DNA of 64,000 nucleotides from Syntrophomonadaceae bacterium (GCA_007121075.1 SKMK01000042.1:2098-66097); one strand, 5' to 3'; positions 18,287 through 29,594 are shown, numbered from the stretch's first letter. Made by a program: numbers and translations. Notes: generated by a model not told the origin, from the letters alone.

Positions 18287-19743
18287 TGGAGAAGTTAAAA
18301 ACAGTGTTGCTTCTATTCCTGGTGGGGCTGAGCCTTTTTTTGACCTACCAACTTTGGTATGGACAGAAGCCTGCTGAACTGATAGCTGATAATGTCTATG
18401 AACAGGTAGATGTTGAACCACCCAGGCCGCTTGAAGACGCCATTGTTCCCGACCGTATAGTCGTTAGGAATAGCAGTAACAGTAATAACAATAATGACAA
18501 CAATAATGGCAACAACAATGACAACTATAATAATGAAAATCATGATGAAAGTATTTTTCTGTTCAGGAAAGATGACCCTGGGTTTGAGCAGCTTTGGGAG
18601 GAGCTATCGGGACTGCTCAAAACCATAGAAACTAATTTTGTATCCGGTGAGCAAAATGCTCCTCCTGAAGAAGCAGTAAAATGTTTAAGCAGTTATTTTA
18701 AACCTCAACTTCCAGTTGGCAATGAAATGCCCTGGCTGTCTGGACTTTCTGAGGACAGAATTGAAAACCTTGTTCTATCCTGTTTTGAAGACACCTACTG
18801 GTTGTCAATAGCTCATTCTACAGCTGATAAGCATCTGGTTTTGGAAGAAGACAGGGCTGCATTGATATTATCGTTGATCGAAGATATTGCGAATGAAGAT
18901 ATTTCAAATAATGAAACAGCAGTGCACATATCCCTTACCCGGGAAATTGTTAATGAAATTATTGATTTGGATATTGATATTAGCGCCCCTGTTTTTGTGC
19001 CCCGGGACGAAATAACAATGAAAGAACTTAATTTAGAAGCTGAGAACCTGGGAAAAGAGCTGCTGCTTAAAACCTTCTTCGTTGATCACAACCTGGCCCG
19101 GGTTATTGAAGAACGAGACGGCAGCCTGTTATATACTGACGGCGAAAAAGGGTTGCGATTAACGGATACCGGGTTTGAATATTCTCATCCCCGTATGGAA
19201 GAAGGGCATACAACTTTATCTTACAGCGAAGCACTTCGTAAAAGCAGCAGTTTAATCAGTTATCATGGCGGCTGGCAGGAAAACCTGCGCCTTGAAAAAG
19301 TTGCCCTGGAAAGCAGGGGAGGTTTAATCTTTTTTGAATCTAAATGGTTAATATATTATGATGGGTATCCTTTGTTTACAGGGCAGCCCACTAAAATTTC
19401 ATTTAATGACCTGGGGTTGTTTCATTTCACCAGGTTTCTTTTCAAACCTGCTTTAGAGCCTGATGAGCATGTTGATGGGCTGCCTACAAATGGTGGCAAC
19501 GGGAGTGTTACAGTTACCTTGTGGAGCGAAGCGCTCTTGAAAGCCACAGACGAAGTAATAGATGACCATAGTCCCGAGGCCGGCGCCAGGGTGCGGTTGG
19601 AATCAATGGAACTTGGCTATGCTGTAACCGGAACAGAAGCCTCTCCGGAAGGAATTCCGGTCTGGATAATCATAATTAACGGAGAAAAAGTGATTATGAA
19701 AGCTCATAATCTGGAAATAATCAGCGAGGAGGATTTGCTTTGA
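18283..19743 (+). CDS. yycH: YycH-like WalK regulatory protein (N-terminal TM, large extracytoplasmic domain) with poly-Asn insert
   Basis: 486 aa with a single N-terminal TM (LLLFLVGLSLFLTYQLWY). The assignment rests on position after walK and size. A low-complexity N/D tract spans residues 63-90. Confidence 0.55.
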   Translation: MMEKLKTVLLLFLVGLSLFLTYQLWYGQKPAELIADNVYEQVDVEPPRPLEDAIVPDRIVVRNSSNSNNNNDNNNGNNNDNYNNENHDESIFLFRKDDPGFEQLWEELSGLLKTIETNFVSGEQNAPPEEAVKCLSSYFKPQLPVGNEMPWLSGLSEDRIENLVLSCFEDTYWLSIAHSTADKHLVLEEDRAALILSLIEDIANEDISNNETAVHISLTREIVNEIIDLDIDISAPVFVPRDEITMKELNLEAENLGKELLLKTFFVDHNLARVIEERDGSLLYTDGEKGLRLTDTGFEYSHPRMEEGHTTLSYSEALRKSSSLISYHGGWQENLRLEKVALESRGGLIFFESKWLIYYDGYPLFTGQPTKISFNDLGLFHFTRFLFKPALEPDEHVDGLPTNGGNGSVTVTLWSEALLKATDEVIDDHSPEAGARVRLESMELGYAVTGTEASPEGIPVWIIIINGEKVIMKAHNLEIISEEDLL

Positions 19744-20630
19744 ATCTCGGCCGGGCTAAACTAATACTTGTTGTAGCTTTTACGGGGCTTAATATATTCC
19801 TTGGTTATCAATTATTCTGGCCAGATTTTGGCCGCTTGACAGAGGTTTCTGTTACTGCCGAAGACCTCCGGGAAACTGAACAAATGCTCGCTGAAAACAA
19901 CCTCGTGCTTGATGCATCTTTTGATCGGTCACCCCAGACCAGTGATTTTATAACTGTTTCCCCCGACTGGAAGATCAGGCAGGCACTTTTATATGATCTT
20001 ATTAAGACCGGTGTTCAAATAGAAGAAACTGAACATACAACCTACTATCGCTCGGTTGATAGGGTTGCTGTTATCCATAACAGCGGCCTGATCCAAATAT
20101 TCTATAGTTCCGGTTCCGGTGCCTCCCTGGGAGATAATGGAACTGAACTGGGCCACGGAGATTTAAAGAACCGGGTGGAAGAGTTTCTGGCAGAAGATGA
20201 ACTGCTCCCTGAAGGAATTAATTTTGATTACCTGGAGCAGAAAGAAGACGGCAGTATAGCCTTGAATTACCATCAAACCCTTGGTGGTATGCCAATTTTT
20301 TCAGGACAAATAAAAATTGTCATAGACGGCGATCGGGTTAAAGCGGTTGAAATTTACTGGCTTGAGCTTGCCGAACGAGCACCGCCCCGGGATATGGAAG
20401 TTATTTCGCCAGCTGAAGCATTAAAAAACCTGGTTTCTGAATTAGGCCCTGTATCCGAGGAACGTATTATTGAAAAAATTGATCTGGGTTATTACAGCGG
20501 GGAATATGATGCAGAAAAGTGGGAAGTGCCCCCGGTCTGGCGGATCGTCCTTGACAATAATCAGTATTATTATATTAATGCCTTTACCGGTAATCTGGAA
20601 AAAGATACAGTTATACCTGAGCAGCTTTAA
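19740..20630 (+). CDS. yycI: YycI-like WalK regulatory protein
   Basis: 296 aa with an N-terminal TM (LILVVAFTGLNIFLGYQLFW). The start overlaps the yycH stop, and the position matches yycI. Confidence 0.5.
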   Translation: MNLGRAKLILVVAFTGLNIFLGYQLFWPDFGRLTEVSVTAEDLRETEQMLAENNLVLDASFDRSPQTSDFITVSPDWKIRQALLYDLIKTGVQIEETEHTTYYRSVDRVAVIHNSGLIQIFYSSGSGASLGDNGTELGHGDLKNRVEEFLAEDELLPEGINFDYLEQKEDGSIALNYHQTLGGMPIFSGQIKIVIDGDRVKAVEIYWLELAERAPPRDMEVISPAEALKNLVSELGPVSEERIIEKIDLGYYSGEYDAEKWEVPPVWRIVLDNNQYYYINAFTGNLEKDTVIPEQL

Positions 20631-20683
20631 TTTATCGCTTCAAGACAACATTTAATGTTATAATAATTGTAACGGAGGTAAAT

Positions 20684-21973
20684 ATGGAAAATTTCACAGT
20701 AAAAGGTAACGTCAGTTTATCCGGCAACGTTAAAATCAGCGGCTCCAAAAATGCTGCAGTGGCAGTGCTTCCGGCTGTTGTGCTCACCAGGGAAAAAGTT
20801 TTCCTGGAAAATTTGCCTGATATAACCGATGTCCGCACTATGATTGAAATACTGGAAAGCCTGGGGGTTTCTATCCGCAGGCGCGGCAGAAACGCCCTGG
20901 ATTTAACGCCCGGGAACCTCTCCAAGATTGCCCCGGCTTATGAACTGGTCAAAAAAATGAGAGCATCATACTATTTTATGGGCAGCCTTTTAGCCCGCTT
21001 TGGTCAGGCTGAGGTGCCGATTCCCGGGGGCTGTGATCTGGGGCCACGCCCCATTGATCAGCATCTAAAAGGGTTTACGGCATTGGGAGCCGACATTAAT
21101 ATAGAACATGGCATGATCAAACTAAATGCCGACAAACTGGTAGGAGCACATATATATCTGGATGTGGTCAGCATTGGTGCTACTGTTAACCTGATGTTGG
21201 CGGCGTCGGCAGCCGAAGGAAGAACGGTCCTTGAGAATGTCGCCAAGGAGCCTGAAATTGTTGATTTGGCTAACTTTTTGAATGCCATGGGGGCTAAAAT
21301 CAGGGGAGCAGGAACCGATGTAATCAGAATTGACGGTGTCAAAAATTTTCACGGCGCCGCCCATACCGTGATTCCGGATCGTATTGAAGCCGGCACTTTC
21401 ATGCTGGCTGCGGCTGCCACCGGGGGAAACATAATGGTAGAAGATGTTATTCCCAAGCACCTGGAAGCGATAACGGCCAAACTTCGTGAAATCGGTGCAA
21501 AAGTGGAGGTTGAACCTGAACGGATCAGGGTTAAAACCCCCGATCTGCTTTCTGCTTCCGATTTAAAGACCTTTCCCTATCCAGGGTTTCCCACCGATCT
21601 TCAACCGCCCGGAATGGTTTTGTTAACTGCTGCCAAGGGCCTTAGCGTGATAACTGAAAATGTTTTTGATGGACGCTTTAACCAGGTTGATGAGTTAAAA
21701 AGAATGGGAGCCAGAATAAAGGTTGAAGGCCGAACCGCCCTGGTTGAAGGAGGAATCCAGTTATCGGGAGCCCCGGTAACAGCCCAAGATCTTCGTTCTG
21801 GTGCCGCATTAATCATTGCCGCCCTGATGGCGGATGGAGAAAGCAGAATCAATGCTGTAGAGCATGTTGATCGGGGATACGAAAAATTTGAACAGAAACT
21901 TATCGATCTAGGGGCGTCTATTAAACGAAGAAGCAAAGATGAACAGGAAAAGCTTTCAACTAATCAAGACTGA
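20684..21973 (+). CDS. murA: UDP-N-acetylglucosamine 1-carboxyvinyltransferase (paralog 1)
   Basis: 429 aa with the N-terminus GNVKISGSKNAAVAVLPA and an active-site Cys in PGGCDLGPRPIDQHLKG. Confidence 0.9.
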   Translation: MENFTVKGNVSLSGNVKISGSKNAAVAVLPAVVLTREKVFLENLPDITDVRTMIEILESLGVSIRRRGRNALDLTPGNLSKIAPAYELVKKMRASYYFMGSLLARFGQAEVPIPGGCDLGPRPIDQHLKGFTALGADINIEHGMIKLNADKLVGAHIYLDVVSIGATVNLMLAASAAEGRTVLENVAKEPEIVDLANFLNAMGAKIRGAGTDVIRIDGVKNFHGAAHTVIPDRIEAGTFMLAAAATGGNIMVEDVIPKHLEAITAKLREIGAKVEVEPERIRVKTPDLLSASDLKTFPYPGFPTDLQPPGMVLLTAAKGLSVITENVFDGRFNQVDELKRMGARIKVEGRTALVEGGIQLSGAPVTAQDLRSGAALIIAALMADGESRINAVEHVDRGYEKFEQKLIDLGASIKRRSKDEQEKLSTNQD

Positions 21974-22193
21974 TTTGTAACACCTGCGAGCAATTTTATC
22001 TTTACGGGGATCTTTACGCGGAAAGTATCTTGATATAAACTGTTCTTTAAACAGATGTTAAAGATCACATCGAGCAACAAGCCGAATGACCACTATAATA
22101 AATTTAACCACCATAATAACAGTGCCCTTTATAACAACTGGTAATATATACCCTTCATTACTAATTCGGCTTGATTATATTAGGAGGTTTTTT

Positions 22194-23363
22194 ATGGAAC
22201 GCCACCATGGATTTAATAACCGGCCTCACCGGGGGGGAGCCTGGACTTTTATTGGTTACATTTCTTTCGGTATTTTGGGCATCCTGCTGGGCGCCGCCCT
22301 GGTGTATGGATTGTTTTTCCTATACCTGGTTCCCCAGGCTGAAGAAGGAGTTGTTGTGACGGACCCGGAAGAAAACGGGGCCGTAGAAGATATGCCCTTA
22401 CCTGCTCCTGAAAGAGGTGAAGATATAGTTGCTGTTGTTGAACAGGTAATGCCTGCTGTAGTCGGTGTGAGCAGTCATTTTGATATTACCGAATTTGAAG
22501 GCCAGCCTTTTGAGCTGACCGAATCAGCCTCCGGTGTAATAATTTCTCCGGACGGTTATGTCATTACCAACCATCATGTAATTGAAAATGCTGAAGAAAT
22601 CAAAGTCATAATGCCTGAAAAAGGAATTTTTGAAGCAGAACTGGTTGGCTCCGATACAATGACCGATTTGGCTTTGCTGAAGATTGACGAAAGAGATCTG
22701 ACTCATATACCGCTTGCCGACTCAGGAAAAAGCCGGGTCGGTGAAACAGTCCTGGCCATCGGCAACCCGCTTGGACTTCAGCAGAGTGTAACAGCAGGCA
22801 TAATCAGTGCGGTAGAGCGCCAGGTTATGATCCCGGGCACTGATTATGCCTACACTTTTATCCAGACTGATGCGGTTGTTAACCCCGGAAACAGCGGCGG
22901 CCCGCTGGTTAACCTTAATGGAGAAATAGTAGGAATTAATACTGCAAAAATAGCTCTTCCCGGTGTTGAAGGTATTGGCCTTTCTGTTCCCAGTAATACC
23001 GTAGATCGAGTAATCAGGGATTTCCTGGATTACGGCAGGGTGCTTCGTCCCCACATGGGCATTTTGATCGAAGACTGGCTTGATTATGACGATCCGGAGC
23101 CTGACATGGGGGTGCGCCTGGTCGACGTTGTCCCCGATAGCCCTGCTGATGAAGCGGGATTGATTCCAGACGATATAATTGTGGCCATAGATAATCAGCC
23201 TATAGATTTCCTGGCTCAACTCTTTGACATCATGCTGTATTATTATCCGGATGATACGGTTACCATTACCTTTTATCGTGATGGGGAGCAAATGGAAACT
23301 ACTCTTACCTTTGAAGAGCGTCCCGATACTTTAAATGAAGAATCGCTGTTCCCCGAAGATTAA
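22194..23363 (+). CDS. htrA: HtrA/DegP-family serine protease with N-terminal TM and C-terminal PDZ
   Basis: The ATG at 22194 is 8 nt after aggagg. The catalytic triad motifs are TNHHV, D and GNSGGPL. A PDZ region (GVRLVDVVPDSPADEAGL) follows. Confidence 0.85.
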   Translation: MERHHGFNNRPHRGGAWTFIGYISFGILGILLGAALVYGLFFLYLVPQAEEGVVVTDPEENGAVEDMPLPAPERGEDIVAVVEQVMPAVVGVSSHFDITEFEGQPFELTESASGVIISPDGYVITNHHVIENAEEIKVIMPEKGIFEAELVGSDTMTDLALLKIDERDLTHIPLADSGKSRVGETVLAIGNPLGLQQSVTAGIISAVERQVMIPGTDYAYTFIQTDAVVNPGNSGGPLVNLNGEIVGINTAKIALPGVEGIGLSVPSNTVDRVIRDFLDYGRVLRPHMGILIEDWLDYDDPEPDMGVRLVDVVPDSPADEAGLIPDDIIVAIDNQPIDFLAQLFDIMLYYYPDDTVTITFYRDGEQMETTLTFEERPDTLNEESLFPED

Positions 23364-23411
23364 GCACTTGAAAATACTAAAAGATATGTTTTTTAAAGTG
23401 GAGGCCATAAT

Positions 23412-24365
23412 TTGCGTCTGACTTTTATTTTCATCGATGGTGTCGGCCTTGGCGGGCAGGAATCCAATAACCCGTTTGTATATATGGACACACCCGGTTT
23501 ATCAAATTTGCTTGAAGGGAAGCGCTTTACAAAAAGAGCTGATGGGCACACAGGTTCAAGAGCATCACTTTTGAGCCTTGATGCCACCCTGGGGATAGAT
23601 GGATTGCCCCAGAGTGCAACCGGCCAGGCTTCAATTTTTACCGGGAAAAATGCCCCTGCTTTTCTGGGCCGGCACCTGCGCGGCTTCCCCAATAATTCAC
23701 TCAGGAAGCTGATTGCTGATAAATCCCTGTTTAAGCAGTTAAAACAGTTAGGATATCGGGTTGTTTTTGCTAATGCCTACAGGCCCCCTTTTTTTGAACT
23801 GTTGCGCCGGGGGCTCCCGGGATCCCGCTATTCTTGCTCGACTTTAATTACTTATTATGGAGACCTTCCATTTTACAGCCTCGAAGATATCAAGGCAGGC
23901 AGGGCTTTGTATATGGATATAACCAACGAAATATTACAGCGCATGCACTTTGATGTGCCGCTGCTAACTCCGGAGCAGGGTGCAAAACAACTGGTTGACA
24001 TCAGCAGAAAATTTGATTTTTGTTTATTCGAATACTTCCTTAGTGATTTAGCCGGCCACCTGGCAGACAGCACCGAGTCCGGCGCAGTAGTGAACAAGCT
24101 TGATCAGTTTATTGGCAGCCTTGCCCATCAAATCGACCCGGATGAGGAGATGCTAATTGTTACCAGCGATCACGGCAACCTTGAAGATGTTACCAGGCGC
24201 GATCATACCCTGAACCGGGTGCCCCTCCTTATGGTGGGTGATATAAGTTTGCGTTTCGGATGGGATAAAGCTTTAAGTGATTTAACAGACCTCCTTCCAA
24301 TGGTGAAAAAGCTCCTTGAGGCAGGCGGTTCTGACAAGCGATTGGCCGGAGAGATGAGTAATTAA
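23412..24365 (+). CDS. Alkaline-phosphatase-superfamily metalloenzyme, cofactor-independent phosphoglycerate mutase-like
   Basis: The N-terminal LTFIFIDGVGLG and C-terminal TSDHGN motifs resemble archaeal-type iPGM/phosphopentomutase-like enzymes. It has a TTG start after ggagg. Confidence 0.45.
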   Translation: MRLTFIFIDGVGLGGQESNNPFVYMDTPGLSNLLEGKRFTKRADGHTGSRASLLSLDATLGIDGLPQSATGQASIFTGKNAPAFLGRHLRGFPNNSLRKLIADKSLFKQLKQLGYRVVFANAYRPPFFELLRRGLPGSRYSCSTLITYYGDLPFYSLEDIKAGRALYMDITNEILQRMHFDVPLLTPEQGAKQLVDISRKFDFCLFEYFLSDLAGHLADSTESGAVVNKLDQFIGSLAHQIDPDEEMLIVTSDHGNLEDVTRRDHTLNRVPLLMVGDISLRFGWDKALSDLTDLLPMVKKLLEAGGSDKRLAGEMSN

Positions 24366-24397
24366 TTTTTAGTTGACAGGAGAAAATAAAAGCAAAT

Positions 24398-25021
24398 ATG
24401 TCAGGAGCTATGAATGTTAAAAAAATAACTGTTGGGATTTTTGCTACAAACTGTTACCTGGTTTCCTGCCCTGAAACCGGTGAAGGTATTGTGATTGATC
24501 CCGGAGCGGATGGGAAAAGAATAGTGGAAAAAATAAAAGCTCTTGATATAAAAGTAAAATATATTGTAAATACACACGGTCATGTTGATCACATTGGGGC
24601 CAATGGAAAATTAAAAGAAGAGTTAAACGTGCCGGTGCTGTTATCTTCAAAAGACCTCGATATATATAGAAACCCGGGATTTGGACTGCGGTTTGTCCTT
24701 GGGAAACAGCCTGAACCGGATCAATTTATTAAGGATGGAGACTATGTCAGTTTCGGAGGCCTATCCCTGTTGATTATGGAAACACCCGGGCATACGCCCG
24801 GTGGAATGTGCCTCTCCGGAGAAAACACTGTTTTTTGTGGAGACACCCTCTTTGCCGGTTCTGTTGGACGGACTGACCTGACCGGAGGTTCATATTCAGC
24901 CCTGATGAAAAGCATTCGCGAGCAGCTGGCTAATTTGCCACCTGAAACCGTTGTTTATCCGGGGCACGGCCCTGCTACAACTATTGGCGAAGAAATTGCG
25001 TCTAACCCCTTTATAAGTTAG
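24398..25021 (+). CDS. MBL-fold metallo-hydrolase (glyoxalase II-like)
   Basis: 207 aa with the motifs THGHVDHIG, ...ETPGHTPGG and ...VYPGHGP. Confidence 0.75.
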   Translation: MSGAMNVKKITVGIFATNCYLVSCPETGEGIVIDPGADGKRIVEKIKALDIKVKYIVNTHGHVDHIGANGKLKEELNVPVLLSSKDLDIYRNPGFGLRFVLGKQPEPDQFIKDGDYVSFGGLSLLIMETPGHTPGGMCLSGENTVFCGDTLFAGSVGRTDLTGGSYSALMKSIREQLANLPPETVVYPGHGPATTIGEEIASNPFIS

Positions 25022-25688
25022 GAACAGTGTCTTAGAATTTTACTGCTGTTATTTTTTCACAGCGCGGTTAAAAAATTATTTTTTATTTTTTCAGCAGGAT
25101 TATTTAAGGTTTTAGAGAATAGAGTAACCCGTGGGAAAGAAATCAAAAATACTTCTCTGATCCAGGAAGGCTTACCTGATGATATGCAATCTAATAGATC
25201 ATGCTCCCAGTTAAAAGTATTAGAAACAATAATGTCGGCTGTTAATCTCCAGTAGACGATTGACTTGATAATTCTATTCCCGGTTGCTGGAATGGAGTTA
25301 TAACCGGATTATTTATACTTAAACTTTAGCAGTTGGCCGGTCTTCAGGTGTGTGAACTCTGAAGTATAACTCCGTTTGAGCCAGGTAAATATTTTAAAGG
25401 AACAATGGGATTCAAAACATATTGGGGCTGCGGGCATCCGGTTTTTAGCACCGGGTCTGATATATGCGCCTCGATTCCCTCCGGCCGAAGCTTCGACCAG
25501 TTTGCTGCCTTGACAGATTTGGAATGCGGTTTCAGCGGGTTTTTTCCTCCTGGTCGCAAACTTAACTTCCCGGACATAGCAACCCTTATATCAGACAGGC
25601 GGGTTGGTTTTCTCGCCATCTAATATGACTGCTTAGAGATTGCCCGGGATTAACTTTAGGGGTTATTAACAAAAGGTGGTGTTTTGTA

Positions 25689-26933
25689 GTGGATACAAAA
25701 AAACTGCAAACGATGAATTTGAATGAACTGCATCGTTTGGCAAAAGAACATGAAATTAAAGGGCAGTCAACCATGCGTAAACAGGAACTTGTTGATGCCC
25801 TGACCAAACTTTTTTCGGAAAACGGTGAACAATATACAGCTTCGGGAATGCTGGAAATAATGCCGGACGGGTTTGGTTTTTTACGTCGGAAAAAATACCA
25901 TTTTTCAGAAGATGACATCTACATTTCCGCATCGCAAATCCGGCGTTTTAATATGAGGACAGGCGATATAATAAGCGGGCGGATTCGACCGCCAAAAGAC
26001 AACGAACGTTATTATGCACTTCTCCAGGTTGAAGAAATCAATGATGAAGATCCGGAAAAACTGTCCAGCCGGCCGCCGTTTTCATCCCTGGTTCCAATTC
26101 ACCCCGATGAACCGATAAAAATGGAGACCCAATCCCATATTCTATCGACCCGCATTATTGACTTGCTGATCCCGATCGGTAAGGGACAGCGGGGGTTAAT
26201 TGTATCACCTCCTAAAGCAGGTAAAACGATGCTTTTAAAGCAGCTGGCCAACAGTATTTCTTCCAACCACCCTGAAATTAAATTAATCATTTTGCTGATT
26301 GACGAGCGGCCTGAAGAGGTTACCGACATGGAGCGCAGCGTAGATGCCGATGTGGTCAGCTCAACATTCGATCAGAAACCGGAAAACCATATTCGCCTGG
26401 CTGAGCTGGTTTTAGAGCGTTCACAACGCCTGGTTGAGCAGGGTCGGAATGTTGCCGTTTTGATCGACAGTATCACCAGGCTTACCCGTGCTTACAACCT
26501 GGTTATACCGCCGAGCGGCAGAACTCTTTCCGGTGGGATTGACCCCAGCGCTTTCTACAAACCTAAACGATTCTTCGGTGCCGCCAGGAATATCGACCAG
26601 GGCGGAAGCCTGACAGTGCTGGCTACAGCCATTGTGGAGACCGGTAGCAGGATGGATGATGTAGTTTACGAAGAGTTCAAAGGGACCGGAAACATGGAAC
26701 TTCATCTTGACCGTCGGATTTCCGAACGCAGGATTTTCCCGGCCATAGACATTTCCCGTTCCGGCACCCGCCGTGAAGAATTGCTGCTTGATGAGCACAA
26801 AATTGAACTGATGTGGGCTTTGCGCCGGGCCATGGGCAGCAGTACCAGTATCGAATTTTTAGAAAAGCTTATGGACAGGCTAAGAAAAACCAAGTCCAAT
26901 GAAGAATTCTTAAGTAACATGCATACTATGTAG
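25689..26933 (+). CDS. rho: Transcription termination factor Rho
   Basis: A CSD-like N-domain ([14 protein letters not shown]) and a RecA-like domain with Walker [11 protein letters not shown]. The GTG at 25689 follows aaggtgg; the ATG at 25713 is an alternative. Confidence 0.9.
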   Translation: MDTKKLQTMNLNELHRLAKEHEIKGQSTMRKQELVDALTKLFSENGEQYTASGMLEIMPDGFGFLRRKKYHFSEDDIYISASQIRRFNMRTGDIISGRIRPPKDNERYYALLQVEEINDEDPEKLSSRPPFSSLVPIHPDEPIKMETQSHILSTRIIDLLIPIGKGQRGLIVSPPKAGKTMLLKQLANSISSNHPEIKLIILLIDERPEEVTDMERSVDADVVSSTFDQKPENHIRLAELVLERSQRLVEQGRNVAVLIDSITRLTRAYNLVIPPSGRTLSGGIDPSAFYKPKRFFGAARNIDQGGSLTVLATAIVETGSRMDDVVYEEFKGTGNMELHLDRRISERRIFPAIDISRSGTRREELLLDEHKIELMWALRRAMGSSTSIEFLEKLMDRLRKTKSNEEFLSNMHTM

Positions 26934-27297
26934 TAAAATCCGGAAAATGAATGGGATTATGTTTTAGCCCCTTTAGCAAAAACGAGCGTACAAATAGTTG
27001 ATCGAATAGCCGAGAGCACTGACTGATAAAAAGAATTAAACCCCGGCGAAAATTTAATGCCAGAATGAGAGCCGGCAAAAAATTAAAATCAGACGTTCTT
27101 CAATACAGGAAGATTTCAAATTCTTGGAGCATTTTAAAATTTTGAGACCAGATTGGGTAAAGAAACTTTCATGACATTTTTGCCTGGAATTTAAGGAGCT
27201 ATCCAGCCTTTTACCGTTTAGCATCATTCTTTCTTTTGAAGAGAAGATTTAATCCTCCAAGATAAATGCCCGCTTAAGCTCACAAATTTTTATCTGG

Positions 27298-27326
27298 TTG
27301 CAGAATAAAAGGCAATATGCTATGAT
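27298..27326 (+). promoter_or_regulatory. Sigma-A-like promoter upstream of rpmE
   Basis: ttgcag-N17-tatgat. Confidence 0.4.
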
Positions 27327-27362
27327 TTGATTTTGAGGAAAGGACTAAGGAGGATACAGCTA

Positions 27363-27560
27363 ATGAAACCAAACATACACCCCGAGTATCATTGCGCCCG
27401 GGTGACCTGCGCATGCGGCGAAACATTTGAAGTTGGCTCTACCAGGGAATCCCTTAAAGTGGAGATCTGTTCCAAGTGCCACCCGTTTTTTACCGGTAAG
27501 CAGAAATTTGTCGATACCGGCGGACGCGTTGAACGCTTTAAACGTAAATACGGCAGGTAA
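27363..27560 (+). CDS. rpmE: 50S ribosomal protein L31 (zinc-binding type)
   Basis: [10 protein letters not shown]... with the cysteines CACGE...CSKCHP. The ATG at 27363 is 9 nt after ggagg. Confidence 0.9.
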   Translation: MKPNIHPEYHCARVTCACGETFEVGSTRESLKVEICSKCHPFFTGKQKFVDTGGRVERFKRKYGR

Positions 27561-27619
27561 AGCGTTGAGCAGGGCCTGCGTGCTCTGCTTTTTTCTTGAA
27601 TAAAAAGAAGGGATAATAA

Positions 27620-28534
27620 ATGAACAATACTCATAAAGTTGGCGGACAGGCTGTTTTAGAGGGAGTCATGATGCGCTACCGTGACCGGATGGCGATTGCC
27701 TGCCGGCGGAGCGATGATACAATCAGCATTCATCGTGAAACCTTGCAACCCCTGGCTAAAAAATTCTCTCCTCTGGGATGGCCGATAATAAGAGGAGCAG
27801 TTGCATTTTTTGAAGCCCTGGTCCTTGGTGTGCGGGCTCTAAATATTTCCGCAGCCGAGGCTCTGGCCGAAGAAGAAGAAGAATTGACCGGCTGGCACAG
27901 TTTCCTGATGGTAGTACTGGGGCTGGGGTTGGGAGTAAGCTTATTTTTTATTTTGCCTACCTACCTGGTCCGCTTTTTACCGGAGTGGCCCCCAATCTGG
28001 CTAAACCTGATTGAAGGTATGGTCCGCCTGGCTATATTTATAGCCTACATTGTGCTTATTACCCGCTGGGGGGACATCCAGCGATTTTTCCAGTACCATG
28101 GTGCAGAACACAAGGTGATTTACGGTTATGAAAACGGGCAGACTCTTGATTTAAACCGAATAAATGATTTTTCTACCCGCCATCCCCGCTGTGGAACCAG
28201 CTTTATTCTTACAGTGATGGTGGTCAGTATAATCCTGTTTTCATTTTTTGGCTGGCCTGATCTGGCCCAGCGCATTGCTTTAAGGTTGATATTGCTGCCG
28301 CTTGTGGCCGGGCTGTCTTACGAAGCAATAAGGTACTCGGCCAGGAGCACTTCGCCCCTTGTCGGGTTGATGGTTGCTCCAGGTCTGTGGTTGCAGAGAT
28401 TGACGACCCAGGAACCCGACAAAAGCCAGCTTGAAGTGGCCCTTTCGGCCTTGAAGGCGGTACTGGAACCAGAAGATGATCAAAAAGAAACTGCCTGTGA
28501 AAGTAAGGCAGAGGTGACTGCGGATGCGAGATAA
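27620..28534 (+). CDS. DUF1385 (YqhQ-like) membrane protein
   Basis: The N-terminus [13 protein letters not shown] and about 5 TM segments, in the conserved position between rpmE and prfA. Confidence 0.7.
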   Translation: MNNTHKVGGQAVLEGVMMRYRDRMAIACRRSDDTISIHRETLQPLAKKFSPLGWPIIRGAVAFFEALVLGVRALNISAAEALAEEEEELTGWHSFLMVVLGLGLGVSLFFILPTYLVRFLPEWPPIWLNLIEGMVRLAIFIAYIVLITRWGDIQRFFQYHGAEHKVIYGYENGQTLDLNRINDFSTRHPRCGTSFILTVMVVSIILFSFFGWPDLAQRIALRLILLPLVAGLSYEAIRYSARSTSPLVGLMVAPGLWLQRLTTQEPDKSQLEVALSALKAVLEPEDDQKETACESKAEVTADAR

Positions 28535-29594
28535 GCTTGATACGATAGAAAAAAGATACGGTGAACTGGAACAGCTGCTTAGCGATCCCAGTATTCTCGA
28601 AAAAAGGGACGACTGGATGAAGCTGTCCAAGGAAATGGCTTCCATCAGCTCGGTAGTGGAACTTTACCGCCGGCTGAAAAAAGTAGACCAGGAAATTGAT
28701 GAAGCCGAAGAAATGCTCTCCGGCAATGAAGACAACGAAATGGAAGAATACCTTAAAGATGAAGTTGAAGAATTAAGGCAGGAGAAAGAGAAGATTGAAT
28801 CCGAACTGAAGCAGGAACTGCTGCCCAAGGATCCCTATGGCGATAAAAATGTTTTTATCGAAATAAGGGCGGGAACCGGCGGAGAAGAAGCGGCGCTCTT
28901 TGCCGCGGACCTGTTAAAAATGTACTCCAAGTACGCCGAACAAAAAAATTACAAGGCCGAAATTGTGGAATCCCATCCCACCGATATCGGGGGATACAAG
29001 GAGGTTATCCTCGGGATTGAGGGTAAAGGTGCCTACAGCCGCCTGAAGTTTGAAAGCGGTGTGCACCGGGTTCAACGTATTCCGTCTACAGAATCCGGGG
29101 GGCGGATCCATACTTCTGCCGCCACTGTGGCTGTCCTTCCTGAAGTCGAAGATGTTGATGTGGAAATCAACCCCCAGGACTTGCGGGTTGATACTTTCTG
29201 CGCTACCGGGCCCGGAGGGCAGAGCGTGAACACCACCCAATCCGCCATTCGGGTTACCCACCTTCCCACCGGCCTGGTGGTCAGTTGTCAGGACGAAAAA
29301 TCTCAGCTTCAGAACAAGGAGAAAGCCCTGCGCATATTGCGCAGCCGTCTCCTGGACAAATATATTTCCGAGCAGACAGCCGAAGTGGCGGAAGCCAGGA
29401 AAACCATGGTCGGTAGCGGCGATCGCAGCGAGAGGATCCGCACCTACAATTTCCCCCAAAACAGGGTTACCGATCACCGGATTGGAATGACCCTGCATAA
29501 GCTGGAACTGGTCCTTAACGGCGATCTTGATGAAATAATTGAAGAGCTGATCGCCAATGAACGTGCTGAACAGCTGAAAGAAACGGGAGGCTGA
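28524..29594 (+). CDS. prfA: Peptide chain release factor 1
   Basis: 356 aa with the GGQ motif ([10 protein letters not shown]) and a PST tripeptide in the codon-recognition region. Confidence 0.9.
   Translation: MRDKLDTIEKRYGELEQLLSDPSILEKRDDWMKLSKEMASISSVVELYRRLKKVDQEIDEAEEMLSGNEDNEMEEYLKDEVEELRQEKEKIESELKQELLPKDPYGDKNVFIEIRAGTGGEEAALFAADLLKMYSKYAEQKNYKAEIVESHPTDIGGYKEVILGIEGKGAYSRLKFESGVHRVQRIPSTESGGRIHTSAATVAVLPEVEDVDVEINPQDLRVDTFCATGPGGQSVNTTQSAIRVTHLPTGLVVSCQDEKSQLQNKEKALRILRSRLLDKYISEQTAEVAEARKTMVGSGDRSERIRTYNFPQNRVTDHRIGMTLHKLELVLNGDLDEIIEELIANERAEQLKETGG

Noticed and set aside
25344-25623. Two overlapping ORFs (72 aa +, 91 aa -) in the rho leader
   Set aside because: They have no SD and atypical amino-acid composition, and they overlap on opposite strands. 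More likely this is non-coding leader.
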